Shown: one piece after another, positions 50,251 through 63,434 of the stretch
Position numbering within the stretch: the first letter of the stretch is position 1
Layout of the letters: the number at the start of each line of letters is the position of its first letter
Source: Lama guanicoe
Taxonomy: Eukaryota
Length of the DNA: 64,000 nt
NCBI GenBank assembly: GCA_013239625.1
Contig: MU054220.1
Location: 6,791,367-6,855,366 of the forward strand
Direction of reading: 5' to 3'
Notes under the pieces: model-generated
What the model saw: the letters and a program-made list of their open reading frames with translations, nothing else
Told to the model about the DNA's origin: nothing
Database searches by the model: none
Made by a program: the position numbers and the translations under genes

Positions 50251-53200
50251 TGGTGCTTGGGCCCGCCTGTCAGTTTGCCTTAGAGTTTTGACCATTTTAT
50301 TGACAAGAAAACTAGAGTCATGGGAGTTTAACAGCCGGAAAGCGGGGCAAGCCAATGTATTAACCACTTTTCTTTTTGACTCAGAAGCCCTTTCTGCTGT
50401 GCTTCCCTGCCTCTCTGGAGTGTATCAGTTTCATCATAGGACGTATTTCTTATGAGATGCTCGAGAACACAGATTTTTTCCTATTGATAAAGTGTCACCA
50501 ATGGGGGTCTAATTGCAAAGGGATGAGACAGTCAGGAGGAACCTCCAGAGGAATTCAAGAGGTAATATCTGTGCATTTGCAGAGAGGAGGGGATGTGACA
50601 TGTCGGAGAGAACCTCATCTGGCCTCGGGGACTGGCCAGAGACAGGCAGGTAACGGGAGAGAGACAGAACGCAGGCTTTGTGGTGTGAGCACCCTGGCAC
50701 ATTGCGTTATGGAAGGCAAGGCTGGAAACGGGAAACGGGAGTTGGGGAATCTGAAGCTGGGGTGATGATTGCTAGGCCGGGAGAGAAGGCAGAAAGGTCT
50801 GGACTGAGATTTTATTTTAAAGGGAAGTAGAAAGGAATAAAAATGCATCGCATATGTTTGTCCTCTCTCGACAGCAGAAGGTCAGCTTCTTCTACATCTT
50901 CCTTAGTCCTTAGTCTTTTATTTTGGCCTTAATGAATCTATAAAATATTTATGCAGCATTAGGCCTTGCAACAAATTCTAGTTTGCATTAAAATACATTG
51001 ACTGAAACTAAAATACATCAGTAATAATTACTTTAGAATGAACATGTGTTTAAAATTATTTTTTTCAGAAGTAACATATGTGCATGATTACTATACAGTA
51101 ATAGTAATACTACTATAAAATACACAAAATTTAGAGTGTCTAAGTCAGAATCCTTCCCTGTCCACACATACATACATGTGTCTGCTCCATGGGAACAGCT
51201 GCTGTTAGCGATGTTTAAATATATCCATCTGTGAATTTTCTGTAGATGTAAAAACGTAGGCAGAAATTACATCTACACATGAATGTAACCAAGGTTTCCC
51301 GACAGTCTCCCCTGTGAGCTCAGTTTGAGTGGCAGTGCTGTCAGCGCTTCAAGCTTCCTTACTTCCTGATGTGGTCCTATTTTGCTGGTGACCCCAATCA
51401 CCCTGTTCTACCGCTGTCAGGTGTCTGCCCAGCCATGCTCTCTGTGGCCACAATGGCACCAGTGTGGAAAAAAGAAGAATGAAGCTGTTGGAGGAGGTTA
51501 GCAAGAGTCAGGTAAGATCAACTGCTCTTGCAACCCTGACCATGTGAATGCTTTTCTTACACATTTCTGAATCACACCCTAAAGATCTCTGTGGACGACA
51601 GCGTCCCGTGGGCTTCTTCACCGAATGTGACTGTGGAGAGGAATGAGTTCCCTTTAGACAGGGTCAGATCCCTCTCTTGCTATAATTAATAGTCTCATCT
51701 CCTGTGGCCAAGTGTCCCTTTCAAGCAGCCGGAGCTGCAGATTTAAATTCTTTAATTTAAACTGAAATGAATCCCCCTGGCCTCACTTGAGACATCACCC
51801 ATGAAAATATGATTATGCGTCTTTGCTCATGAAAAGCACCTATACCTCATACTATAAATCATGGAGGCTTTATTTTATGAATTAAACATGAGGCTTTTTC
51901 TTTATGTTCGAACTATTCCTTTAGTGGAAAAATGGGACGATGCTAATTCTATACTGTTCTGAGATCTTTATCAAATAACATGAAATGATCACTCCCTTTT
52001 CCCTAAGTGTAGGTCATACGTGAATTTCAGTTCCCTAGAAGGTGAGGATGAATTGATCCCTGACCTGCCAGTGCCACGCCCCTTCCCCCTTATCTAGACT
52101 CCTTGGTACATAATCCCTGTGAGTCACCTGGTCCCTTAGGCATTCTCTGGTACTGCTAACAATCTTTTCCTGAACCTCTGTCTCTTAAGCAACCTGAATG
52201 CAAAAATCAAGTCTACTAAAATTTCAAGTATTTTTTCCAGAAGATGATGATGACTGTACAACAGGAATCAAACCATAAATGTTTTGGTTTTGTCCTTCTT
52301 GCATGTCCTTGGTAGCTTTGGCAAGCCAGCGGGATGCACGATCCTTTCTGATGGTCCAAACTTGGCTTCCCTAGGGTGAAACAAAGGAAACAAGTCTGTG
52401 TTTGAAAGATTCAAATGGAGGTTATGGTTATAAGACAGTAGAATAATGAAGAGCGCCTGGATTTTGTAATTCAGGTGTGTGATCTTTCGTGAGATGAGGA
52501 GACGAAGTAGCTTTACAACTGATGGGGAAAGGAGATGAAAGCCAGAAAACGGGAGGGGGAAGGGGAAAAAGAAGCGGATTTTGTGAGAAAACGAAGTGGA
52601 CAAGCGTCAAAGAGGAGGGGAAGCAGGACAGAGAGCAGAAAGGACAGGGTTGAAATCAGAGGCGGGGATTCACCAAGAGCAAACCATCCACTTCACAGTA
52701 TTGCCTCGGAACTCCAGAAATTCATCAGATTAAAGTTGCTTTTTTTTTTAATTAAGCAAAGGGAGGCAGATCATTTTTCAAAAGAAATTTTGATTCCCAT
52801 TCCAATCTAAGTATGATCTCATTAGCCATTTTGAATAGGATTATCTTCACTGTTGCAAGGGAAGATTTTAAAGGCCACAGTGTGTCCACAAGGCTCTACC
52901 ATAGACACCAAGAATTGTGGTTTAAAGGGAGATAACGATTCCCAAATGACGGTGTACATGTATAATTTCTTACTGCAAATGTTCTCCCCTAATTCTCTGT
53001 TGCAGGATGGGGAGCAGTATACAAACGTGGCAGTTGCACAGACAAACATCATTTTGCTCCTTGTAATTACTGCAGCCAGTCTCGGTATATTCTCAGTAGT
53101 CGGATTTTTTGCTCCCCTCAGTAATATTCAGGACAGATGGAATTGAATTGCTCATTCTGTGCCTCTTTGGAATATTGCAGACCTCACATTAATGTTGTTA

Positions 53201-54288
53201 GGTATGACTCCAAGATCTAATGAGTGCAGAAGTTTACTGGAGAAAAGATTAGGTTTCTTATGGTCACTTTTCCAACTTTCACCATCTTTTTTTTGTTAAC
53301 TTTATTGTCTGATACTGAACCATTGCCCTTTATCTTCTTTCCCTTAGAAGATTAGAATTAAAAATATTTATGGTGTGCCGTAATGCATTCTCTTCTAGGC
53401 AAAACGTTGCCAATTGGTGTTTTTCTCCTCTTTTTCAAAAGATGATTACATGTTCACAATTCACAAGGTATTGTACACATTTCAGCAGGAAATTGTAAGC
53501 CTTTATCTTTTGACAGCAAGAAGGAATTACTGCCCTTTTTCAAAATAGCCTCCCCATTTTGTCCAAATAAATGATTCATGCTGGAGACTTCATGATGTCT
53601 TTTGTTGGTTTCTGTGAATTTCAACACAGGCAGTCAAAAGGGGAAAAGAGGTTACGCATTTCTGAAAATTTCAGAAAATTATAGGTTTTATATGGGAAGG
53701 AGGATGCATTCCAATATCTTTAGTCCTGGTTTCTTCATCCTCCTGTGCTTTTTTAATACAAAGCTTAGAGCAAGGAAGAGAAGATAAATGACAGAGTAGG
53801 GACTGAATATTTTTCCTTCTCTCTCCAAGGACTGTCAAGTGCCTAGATTCCTTATCCTCCTGGGAGTAAAAAAGTAAGGGATGGCTGCAGCCATGCTGGC
53901 TAACACTTATCACTGGTGTTAGAGAACGCCTCCATATTCAAAAGTAATAGTTGTCTTTGCTTGTTTGACTTCCTCCAGATGCTTCTGAAAATATTTTTTA
54001 GTTAAAAAATTTTTTTAAAAAACCCACTATTGTTAAATGTGTGCAGTAACATTATATTTGGTGCCGTCTTACCTGGAGTTCACTTAAACGCTTTCAGGTC
54101 TTGGAAATACATAGTTAGCAGGTGTCTTAAACATCCTCTAATCTCAGTAACGGTTGTACATTTGCGTATAGCACATTCCTCTGGAGCCCCTGCTAGAGGA
54201 GAAGTAAGCAGTGGTTAAAGGTTTGTAATATTTTTACTGAAGACCGAATCCTGGCACTTTGCTTCTACCTCTCATTTGCCCAGGGCCC

Positions 54289-54487
54289 CGGGGTTTCTCA
54301 GCCTCAATACCTCTGACATTTGGGGATGGGTAATTGTTTGGAGGGTTGTCTTCTACATTGTAGGAGGTTTAGCAGCATCCGTGGCATCTACACATACGAT
54401 GCCTACAGCACTCCTCTCATTTGTGACAAATGCAAATGTCTATAAACATTGCCAGCTGACCCCTGGGGACAAAATCACTGCCAGCCC
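54289..54487 (-). mobile_element. MER20 (hAT-Charlie)
   Basis: GGGTTTCTCAGCCTC...GACATTTGGGG...CATTGTAGGAGGTTTAGCAGCATCC...AAATGTCT...CCCCTGGGGACAAAATCAC. Confidence 0.88.
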
Positions 54488-55224
54488 GTGCACACCTATC
54501 TATGTACATACTTGAAATTCTTTGAAAATGATTACAGGGGTTTCTCCCATGTCTTCCACAGTATCTGAAGAATGCAGGAACTTGTGAAGTATACAGGGTC
54601 TACATACAGGTCCTCTTTTGCCTAATCTGGACAGATAAGTTGCTGAGCTGTTGTACATTTTACACGTACACACGTTTGTACACACACGGACACACCCCCC
54701 CCACACATATGCCTCAAGACTTGTAAATCACAATGTCTGTTCTACATCAGCTGTAGTAAACAGAGTAGTGGTTTTGGTTATATTACGAGGCATTGAAGTC
54801 ACCCTTGCATTTTCAGAAATAACAGTACACATCTCCATAGCTTATGTAACTTGGAAGCCAGGTGTGTTCATAGCAACTCAGCACTATATTTAGACAGAAT
54901 CTAGTTTTAACTTTCCTCTGCTACTTAGTTGTCGTTCAGTCCTGCCAGAACCTTGTCTGTAAAACTCTGCCAATAACAATGGCGGCAACATAATAATACT
55001 GCTGTCACTACCGCTGCTACTCCTGCTACTAATGTGATCAGATGGTTGAAAGGACAGAATGGGAAATGTGTGTGAAAGTATACAGCGCAGTGACTGACAC
55101 CTCAACTGAACTAAAAAAAAAGAAATTACCTTCAACTGTTTAAATTATGAAGTGTTAAGTGTTATAAGGGTATAATTTTCCTACTCCTCAGACCTCTTCA
55201 TCAAGCATATATTTTGAAGAGTCT

Positions 55225-55420
55225 TTGGGATGGAATGGAAAAAGCTTAAAGCTCTGGGACTTCAAAAGACTTCAAAAGACCTGGGACTGACTTCTAGCTC
55301 TGATTCTTATTTGATGCAGGAATCTTAAAAATTGTTAACTTCTTAGAAGCTCCGTTTTCTTGAAAAGATGGAAAAAAAACACATACATTTAAAAATACTT
55401 ATAAATTCTGAAGCATGGAA
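55225..55420 (+). mobile_element. MIR (MIR3/MIRc-like) fragment
   Basis: AAAGACCTGGG...CTAGCTCTG...CTCCGTTTTCT. Confidence 0.5.
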
Positions 55421-56269
55421 GAAATGCACGATTCTTTTTTTTTGTGTGTGATTGGTAAATAATCCAGGAAGACAAGCAAGTAGAAAGATTTGCCCCCACT
55501 GAGTACTGCGTTCCTGCGAATGCCAAGTAATTTATAAACTTGTAAGCCCAGGGAGGGCTTCAGAGATCCTGGGGATGCCTGTAATCACAACGCAGAGGCT
55601 GTGAATGAGTTGGAATCTTCCAGGGTCAGAACAAAGCCGCTCAAAGGGTCAGCCCTGCAGAAAAAGGGCAAGATAATGGTTCATTTCTCTGTGTGATTGG
55701 CAGCAACCTTCAAATCTGAGTTGCTCAAGCAGGTCCCTGCTTCCCTGTCGGGAGGCACAGCCAAGCATCAGAATCCTCATATTTATTCTCTTGTCACCTC
55801 CCTACAACTCTATAAATAGTGGTTCCCCCCACCACCTGTCATAGTCTTCTTCGTGGCTTTCTGGACCTAGAAAGGAACCATTCCCTTTAAAATAAAAAAG
55901 GTTAATGGGTTTGGCAAATGCTCAGGAAGAGGTGGACAGAGGAGGATGCTTTTTCAATATGGTTTTAAGACATTTATGAAGGGCAGTGTTGAGACTTTCA
56001 AGAATCCATGACCTCTTGGATGGAGCACATTATTGCTTTTCTTTATATGCTGACTTTAATATCTCTGCCAGGGTGGGAGCAATGTCATAAGCACTGCTCT
56101 TGGCATCTGTCCAGCTTCCTTTCAGCTCATAGCAAACATCTGCTATGACCCCCTGCCCAGAGGCCCACATGCGAAGCACAGTGCTTTTATGGGACCCACG
56201 GTAAGAATTACTGGCATGGAAAATTGCTTCCTTAATCATCAATTCTGATAAGAAAACTGATGCCATAAG

Positions 56270-57840
56270 GTTTTCTTTTAAAAATAAATTATGATTTTTA
56301 ACACTGAGTAGGTATAAAGGAATATTTATAATATACATAAAATATGAATAATCACAGTACTACAAAAGCTCATGTGTCTACCACACGGCCCTTAAGGGCC
56401 TTGTCCATGGTTCTGGACATGGTTACATCCTCCCCCTACACAGATAACTGCTCTACTAAATTTTGCGTTTATCATTCTGTTTCTTTCTTTTTAAGCTGTT
56501 AATGCATGTGTGTGGATGTCCTTTGCCTTTTTGCATATTTTTGCATAATTTTATAAAAATAGGCCTATACTCTGTGATTTCTTCTGGTAGGTGTCCTTTT
56601 AGATCACTCTTAATGTTCCTGAAATGCATGCATATTGCCATTCATTTATTTTCCCCGGTGTATATGAGTCCCCCCTACTCTTGATGGATCTGTAGCGTTT
56701 CTAGTTCTTGTGACTGACTATAAGTTGTGCCTACGAACATTTCTTGTCAGTGACACCCACTGCTTACACATAGTTTCCTAGGCTGTGGACCTAGGAGTGC
56801 ATTTATCGTGTCATGTGGTGGCTGCACATTCAGTTATTAGATAGCATCTAATGTCTCTCCCCAGGAAAGGGGTTGGTTTTCATCCCAGCTACTGGGGCAG
56901 TTGTTGCTCCTGCTCTTCTTATACCCCCACCAATATTTGCTGTCATCTGGCTTTTAAAAATAATTTACCATACTCTGGGTTCTCTTTAGATCGTATAAAT
57001 CCTTTTAAAAATAACTTGCCAATCTGACAACCTGAAATGGCATCTTCCCGAGGTAGTGGATTATAATTCCATGATTACGGACGAGTGAACACTCTTTGTT
57101 TAAGCTTGTTGATGATTTGGTTTCCCTTTTCTGTGAAGAGCCTATTCTGCACTTTTGCCCCTTTTCCAGCTTGGAGTCTGTTTCATATTCAACTGTAGCA
57201 CTCTTGATGTATTTTGGAAAATAATTTTTGAGAGCAATGTATGTTCCTTGTCTAAATTTGTAGCTAATTTTTTTTCACTCTGTTTTGGTACCTTGGATAA
57301 ATAGGTTATCATTCTTTTAATATAGTTGATTTTATCCATTTTCCCACTGAGGGTTTGTGCTGTATGTGCACGTGTGTGTCGTAAGAAAAGCTTTCCTGCC
57401 GCGGTCATCCAGTATTCTCCTATAACATCCTCTAAACATTTATGGTGTGTTCTTCAAATGTCCATCTTCCAGCCATGTGGAATTGCTTTTGTCTATCGCA
57501 TAAGGTAGTGGCAGAGTATTATTATTTCCATATGAAGAAATAATTTTTCCAGAAACCTCTGCTGAAAATTTTCACTTCTCCCACTGAAAAATACCACCGG
57601 TCATAATCAATCGAGTTTCCTTAAATACATGTGTCCCTTTCAGGTCTCTCTTTACTGTTCCTTGGATCATTTTTTATAATTTCCTACTGGTACTATTTAC
57701 TCACTACAGCTTTGTAATAATCACTGATATCAGTCCCTCCCCACGTCAACTTGTTTTTTCAGAAAGTGCAATTCTTTTCGATCTTTTGCTCTTCTATAAG
57801 AACTTGAGAATCAGCTTGGCAAATCCCACGATATAAAACG
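56270..57840 (-). mobile_element. L1ME/L1MC 3' UTR and ORF2 end
   Basis: GACCTAGGAGTG, TTGCCAATCTGA, TTTCCCTTTTCTGTGAAGAGCCTATTC, TCCATCTTCCAGCCATGTGGAATTG, GAGAATCAGCTTGGCAAAT; L1 appears to resume briefly at ~58595-58640 (TTTTGATTGAAACATAGATTG). Confidence 0.82.
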
Positions 57841-57847
57841 AAGATGA

Positions 57848-58000
57848 TATCTATCACTTCGCTTTTGCTGTGTAACTAACAACCTGAGACTACTGCTTTA
57901 CAACAACCATTTATTTAGCTCCCAGTTCTGTGGTTTGCCAAAGTGGACTGAACTCAGTTGGATTGTCCTCCTGATCTGAGCCAGGACTGGCTGCTGTTAG
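57848..58000 (-). mobile_element. MLT1 LTR fragment
   Basis: TTTTGCTGTGTAAC...CAACAACCATTTATTTAGCTCCCAGTTCTGTGG. Confidence 0.65.
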
Positions 58001-58051
58001 ATAATTAGGATGTAATTATATAGGTGTTATTACCAGATGCAGGATTAAATC

Positions 58052-58593
58052 TGTAGCAAATGTTTATTATTGCATAAGAATCCACTGTAAAACATAAGAG
58101 GCTTAAGAGTAATACACATTTGCTTCCTTGCTTAACATTATGGTCAGAAATTTGGAAGTGTCTTAGGTGGGCGGTTCTGGCTTGGAAATCTCAATGAGGT
58201 TGCCGTCAAGGTGTTGCTAGGTTGCTGTCATCTGAATGCACGACTGGAGCAGCAATATCTCTGTCCGTGGTGGTTCACTCACATGGCTGGCAAGGTGGTG
58301 CTGGCTGTTGGACACCTGAGTTCTGCTTCTCATGGTTCTTCCCATAGGGCTTCATCGCTGTCCTCACGATACACATGCCTCACAGGCATCTGGCTTCCCC
58401 TGCACCTTCATCTGAGAGAGCAGAGTAAAAACTTGACCATCTTTTATGAAAGCCATGAAGTTACACTTTGTCATTTCCACAATATCCTACAGGCATCCTT
58501 ATTCCATAGAGAAGAAGAATGAAGGGGAACATGAATACTAGGAGGCTAGAGGGTGAGAATCACCCAGAGCAATCCTGGAGACTGTTTTCTACA
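58052..58593 (-). mobile_element. MaLR LTR MLT1H-like, inserted in L1
   Basis: TGTAG...GGTCAGAAATTTGG...GCTGTCATCTGAA...TCACTCACATGGCTGGCAAGGTGGTGCTGGCTGTTGG...TGAATACTAGGAGGC...CTACA. Confidence 0.85.
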
Positions 58594-58754
58594 GTCAACT
58601 TTTGATTGAAACATAGATTGCAGTACATCTACATATTGTTGCAAACAGCAACTCTTTGGATTTTAAAATGCAGATATTGTTAAAGGCAGATTTATATCAG
58701 GGAGGAGGGAAGAATCCAAAAACTAGGTTTATATTTTTAAATGTCTTACTCAGA

Positions 58755-58980
58755 TTGTGGTTTAAAAATAGTCCCCATTATGCAGTAATTTCTCAGTAAA
58801 GAATTATTGACATGTTATGTATTTTAATCCTCATAACTACCTTCCTCCTTTGTAAGTAGATACGAATATTTTCATTTCAAAGTCGAAGAGACAAATTCAG
58901 AGTGCCCATGCAACTTGTTCAAATGTACATGACCACAAAGTGGCAGAGATATGCTTCTAAAACTGGGATATTAGTCTCAA
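58755..58980 (-). mobile_element. SINE MIR
   Basis: TTTAATCCTCATAACTAC...ACTTGTTCAA...AAGTGGCAGAG. Confidence 0.65.
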
Positions 58981-60494
58981 ATCTCATGCACCTTCCAGAT
59001 AGCCACTTGCCCAGTTGATATGTGGAAGAAGTTTCTTAATTTTCCCAGATGAAAGTGTTGGGAGTCTTTAGGTATAAATTTTCTAAAGGGCATGCTTATT
59101 TGTTCTGTCCAAATTTCAAAAAAGTGACAGAACTTGCAGAAATGGGTTAGAGTCATTCTGTTAAGAACTGTCTCCTCCCTCAACAGCACCAGAAGAAATT
59201 TATTTAGATCAGAACTGTAAAAAGAAATAGCAAAAAGTTCCACTGAAATGAAAATAACTTCAGGATGGGATGCTATTTTTTCACTACATGTGTTTTCAAA
59301 TATATCAGATACGTACACTATGTATGGCTCTAGTGTAGTGAGTTTATGCTATAAATAGTATCTTTCTTTTAAGGGAGTCATGAGATGGTGTCCTAGTCTT
59401 GCTATGCCTGCTCTTCCTTCTTTAAGGGTTTGCTTTTATTTTCTACACTGATCCACACTATATTGGTAAATTCTTCATATTAAGGTGAATGCAATGTTAA
59501 TTACACAGGTGGGCTACTACTGAGACATGAAACACCCCTATAAGTAGTACCTATTTGTGAATTTATTCTAGAAATAGCTTTGTGTGAAAATTGTTTTTCT
59601 GCTGCCTCGAATGGTATTTAGAGTTGGTCTTGGCTTCAGCAGAAAGATAATGTCTTTTGGGGTAAGTGGTCCGTAAAAGCACCATGCCAGCTTTCAAAAG
59701 TTCTTTTTCTTTATGATTGTTTCTTAATCTTATCCTCACAAGTAACTTTGGCTGCAGAAGCTCCAGCTTAATACTTCTTTCAAAAATATTTTGTAGCTCT
59801 TAATTTTGACTTTTAGCTCTTTAAGTCCTCCTCCATATAGATTACGGAAATGTGTTCACTTTGGGGCACTTGGTAGATTTCAGTAAGGGAAAATGAAAGT
59901 GTTTTTAGTCAAAAAAAAAATTTAAGTTGTTTAAACTAAAATGAAAATACAATATATCCAAGATAATAATGTTAGCAGTTGAGGAAATATTTACAGTGGC
60001 TTGAGATACATGCCTTTTCAGAAGTTGTCTAATAAATGAAGCAAGGCAAATGTTCACCTTTTTTTTTTTTGATACCTTGGCAGACTTTAATTACATCAGT
60101 AACTTCATCAAATCTCTTTGGAAATTCCTTTGTAATTTCATGTGGCAACAATTTGTCCTTCCCTTTAGCCCTCCTGAGTTATTAGATGTAGTTATTTTGA
60201 ACAATTACCACATCACCCTGCAAGGAAGTTTGCATTTTAGTTTTAGGGTTTTAACTTTTACTACAAATGTTAATGCAACATTAAAATTGAACATTTAAGT
60301 TCCCAGGAGCAAAGAAATGCAAAGGGCAAGGTTCTTCTAATGTGATTAATTTGTTATTCTATCTTAGGCTTCTCATTAGGACATGCCTTTATGTTTTGAA
60401 CTTATACATTAAAAAACATTAAGCCCAGTTGTTTCATGATTTCACTCAAATGGGAGAACATTTTCAGTTACTATCCACAATAAAAATTTCAGTT

Positions 60495-60533
60495 GTATGT
60501 GTGTGTGTGTGTATGTGTGTGTGTGCGTGCGTG
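60495..60533 (+). repeat. Imperfect (GT)n microsatellite
   Basis: Directly visible. Confidence 0.93.
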
Positions 60534-60894
60534 TTTAAATTCTGTGTCCACAAATTATATTTTCTTTCCCACTCACAGATTTCCCTGTTTCTTCATTCAG
60601 GTCATATCTATACAGTATCAACCAAATTAATTCAAAAGGAAAAGGTCCAGCAAAGCATTCTCTTTCATGTCCATAAGATAACCCATAAATGCAATTTTCT
60701 ATTCTCTGTTAACAAAAATTCCACATATTTCTCAAAAACATTAAAACTGTTGCCTCCAGAAAACTGTTGCCTCTCCACCATAACACACATTATTTCTAAT
60801 TTCCAATTTACAGTTTTCAAAATACTTTACTATATCAAAATGTGATCAGTAACTGTGCAAGATGTGTTAGCCTTTGGCATATGAGTAAACAAAG

Positions 60895-61090
60895 ATTAAG
60901 ATCATAACTTAGATGTTACAGAAGTCTGAGGTTCAAACTCAAGATCAACTGAATAGTAGTGGTATCTTGAATGAATTACTTTATCTTGAAATTTCCATGG
61001 GTAAAATGGGAATGCTGTGGAATTTACCAAGCTGGATTGTTATAAGAATTAAATCATATAATATGTACGTGTGTAAAGGCACTTCATTAT
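60895..61090 (+). mobile_element. SINE MIR
   Basis: CTGAGGTTCAAACTC...GTAAAATGGGAATG...GGATTGTTATAAGAATTAAAT...TGTAAAGGCACTT. Confidence 0.72.
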
Positions 61091-61494
61091 TCATATATAT
61101 ATATTACATTAATATTCTTATGAACTCCTATAAAAGTTAATGTTCACATTTCAGTATTTGGATTGATTAATTGTTAACACGTTTCCTCTTCAATAAAATA
61201 CTTAAATTCCTGAAGAATGAATCTTATGTTTTAGCACTTGACCATAAATATTCATTTAGATCCTATCGTGATGAAATATATGAATGGCATACAGATTACA
61301 CTGCAAGTTAATGGTCTTTAAAATATAATAAAGTAATGATTATCTATAATGGATGTGTATATGCACACATATACACACACATACATGCACACACACATAG
61401 ATGCTTGTAAAAAGGATTAGGTAGATTTCAGTTTTTAATGTAGTGTAATTTACTGGGGAAAGTGTATATAATATTATAAATACTAACATTATCA

Positions 61495-61720
61495 AAAATA
61501 ATATCTAACAAATATTGAGCATTTACAATGAACTCAATGCTAACCTAAGCTCTTGACTTACTTATGGTAAATTACTTAATTATCACAATTTTATGATATA
61601 GGAATTATTAATATCTCTAATTTTCAGTTGAGGTAACTGAGGCCCAGAGAGATGACTGCCCAGGATTATGTATGTAGTCAGCTCCTGTATTCCAGGTTTC
61701 CCACGGCTGAACTCTGTAAC
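61495..61720 (-). mobile_element. SINE MIR
   Basis: ATTGAGCATTTAC...ATTTTCAGTTGAGGTAACTGAGGCCCAGAGAG...TGCCCAGG. Confidence 0.78.
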
Positions 61721-62506
61721 CATCATAGTCTATATGCAGAATTACCTAAGGTATTAGGCCGAAGCCCCGCCTGGTGGGAGATGAGCTCATTATTAAGCTG
61801 GTAAGATTAATTGCTAAAACACACAACATCAATTTAAAAATTTAGCAAAATTGAAGAAAAAGAAAATCTCAGCATCAGGGGGACAGCTGAGGACCTTGTA
61901 CCCTGATTATTAGCTGTTATCAGTCACTGCTTGATTTAGACTCTGCTCATCTCCAGGCTTGAATGAAACCTGTATTCTCAATCGTCATAAACTAGCTGGG
62001 GCTTATTTTTGCCTTGTTTGGCTGCTAAACTTGGAGTTCGCCTTAAATTGCGTGTTATTTTGTCTCTTAGTTAAACGCTATGATTATCTCAATCACTCTC
62101 AAAGCATGTAAGGCTGTAAAACGCCCCATCTCTTTACTAAAAGGGAAACAGCTCTTCCTTTCTTCCTCCTCCTTCCTTCTGCCCTAATTTTCTCTTACAT
62201 TTTCTCCTCCTTTTTTTGGGGGGGGCATTTTCAATCCCTGCTCACTCCCCTCCCTTCTCACTTCGTTTGCTAATATTTTCCATTTGAATAATAATGAACA
62301 GGGACAGAACTAGAAACATCATTTCATTAATTGTATTGCTCCTTGCCAGATTCTTTGATCATATGTGACCTTCCTATAAAGAAGTGCAGAGTGGAACACG
62401 TTTCTTCTTCTTCTTTTTTGGGTATATAAATAAAATATACATAAAGGGATATTTCACACCTACTGGACCACTTCTTTGAATCTGAACTTTGCTGCTAAAG
62501 TTAGGC

Positions 62507-62725
62507 TAGGGTTTCTCAATCTCAGTGTTACTACATTTGTGTCCAGATAATCACTCATTGTGAGGGCTCGTCTTGTGCACCATAGGATGTTTAGTAGTCT
62601 CCCTGGCCTCTTCCCACGCAGGATGCCAGTAACATCTTTCTCCTAGTTGCAATAATGCATAATGTTTCCAGAAATTGCCAGATGTCCCCTGGGATGTAAA
62701 ATGGCCCGCTATTGAGAGCCACTAA
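62507..62725 (-). mobile_element. MER20 (hAT-Charlie)
   Basis: TAGGGTTTCTCAATCTC...TAGGATGTTTAGTAGTCTCCCTGGCCTC...GATGCCAGTA...TTGCCAGATGTCCCCTGGG...TTGAGAGCCACT. Confidence 0.9.
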
Positions 62726-62849
62726 GTTGGATATTTCAATTTCTAATTTTTATATCTCTTCAGTTTACTCAGAACTTGCTAATATATTGCCCACTTAGTC
62801 TCATAACATTTTAAACTACAGGTTTGTAATATTCTTTCCACACTGGGAT

Positions 62850-63200
62850 GCAGATGTAGGAGCCAGCAATAATGAGCTAAGAAGCTTTCATATGAAGGAT
62901 ATCAAAGTGGAAATGTGCAGTAGGCAGCTATACCTAGGGGTGCATTTAGGACACAGATCAACACTGGAGACACAAGTTGGTAAATGGTCTTAGTGGTGAT
63001 ATCGTTTGAAGACATGAGAGTGTGTAAGGTGACTGAAGAAACTGTGTGATTAGAAACGAGCAGAATGCAGAGGTTTCAGCTGAGGAGATCTTCATAGTTA
63101 AATTCTGCAAAGGGAATTGGAGCTAAGAAAGAGACAGAGAAGATGTTAAAGATGAGGAAAGGTAATATATAAGCCATGGTAAAATATACTGCTATGTTAC
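62850..63200 (-). mobile_element. L2 fragment
   Basis: ATCAAAGTGGAAATGTGCAGTAGGCAGCT...CTGGAGACACAAGTTGG...TTGAAGACATGAGAGTG. Confidence 0.65.
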
Positions 63201-63203
63201 TGA

Positions 63204-63267
63204 AGTAGTAGTAGTAGTAGTAGTAGTAATAATAATAATAATAATAATAATTAATAATAATAATAAT
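63204..63267 (+). repeat. Compound trinucleotide microsatellite (AGT)8(AAT)8T(AAT)5
   Basis: Directly visible; abuts the tail of an antisense MIR. Confidence 0.95.
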
Positions 63268-63269
63268 AA

Positions 63270-63392
63270 AAATCCACACATAGCACTTACTATATGACAG
63301 GAACTAGAATAAGAGTATTTATATGTATTAATTATTTTAATCTTCCAGCACCTGTGTGAGTAAATTATCTCTGTTTTATAGGTGAGAAAACA
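63270..63392 (-). mobile_element. SINE MIR (3' half)
   Basis: ATAGCACTTACTATATGACAGG...TTTTAATCTTC...TTTTATAGGTGAGAAAAC. Confidence 0.8.
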
Positions 63393-63434
63393 GTATCTCT
63401 ATCTGTCTATCTATCCATCTATCTGATGGACAAA

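Noticed and set aside
52238-52355. Possible C/D box snoRNA (ATGATGA...CTGA)
   Set aside because: The C box is part of a (GAT)n run, only a 3-bp terminal stem is possible, and I recognise no rRNA-antisense guide.
56387-56400. Perfect 14-bp palindrome GGCCCTTAAGGGCC (also a TGGACACT-G-AGTGTCCA hairpin at 7052-7068)
   Set aside because: A few such palindromes are expected by chance in 64 kb, and both lie within old L1 sequence.
60743-60774. Short tandem duplications (AAAACTGTTGCCTC x2; GACTTCAAAA x2 at ~55258) as a CRISPR-like or ordered array
   Set aside because: Only two copies each, with no spacer structure; ordinary slippage in a mammalian genome.
61764-61780. CTCF-like GCCCCGCCTGGTGG
   Set aside because: Mismatches at high-information core positions.
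63076-63279. Poly-Tyr/Ile ORF
   Set aside because: Translation of the (AGT)n(AAT)n microsatellite.
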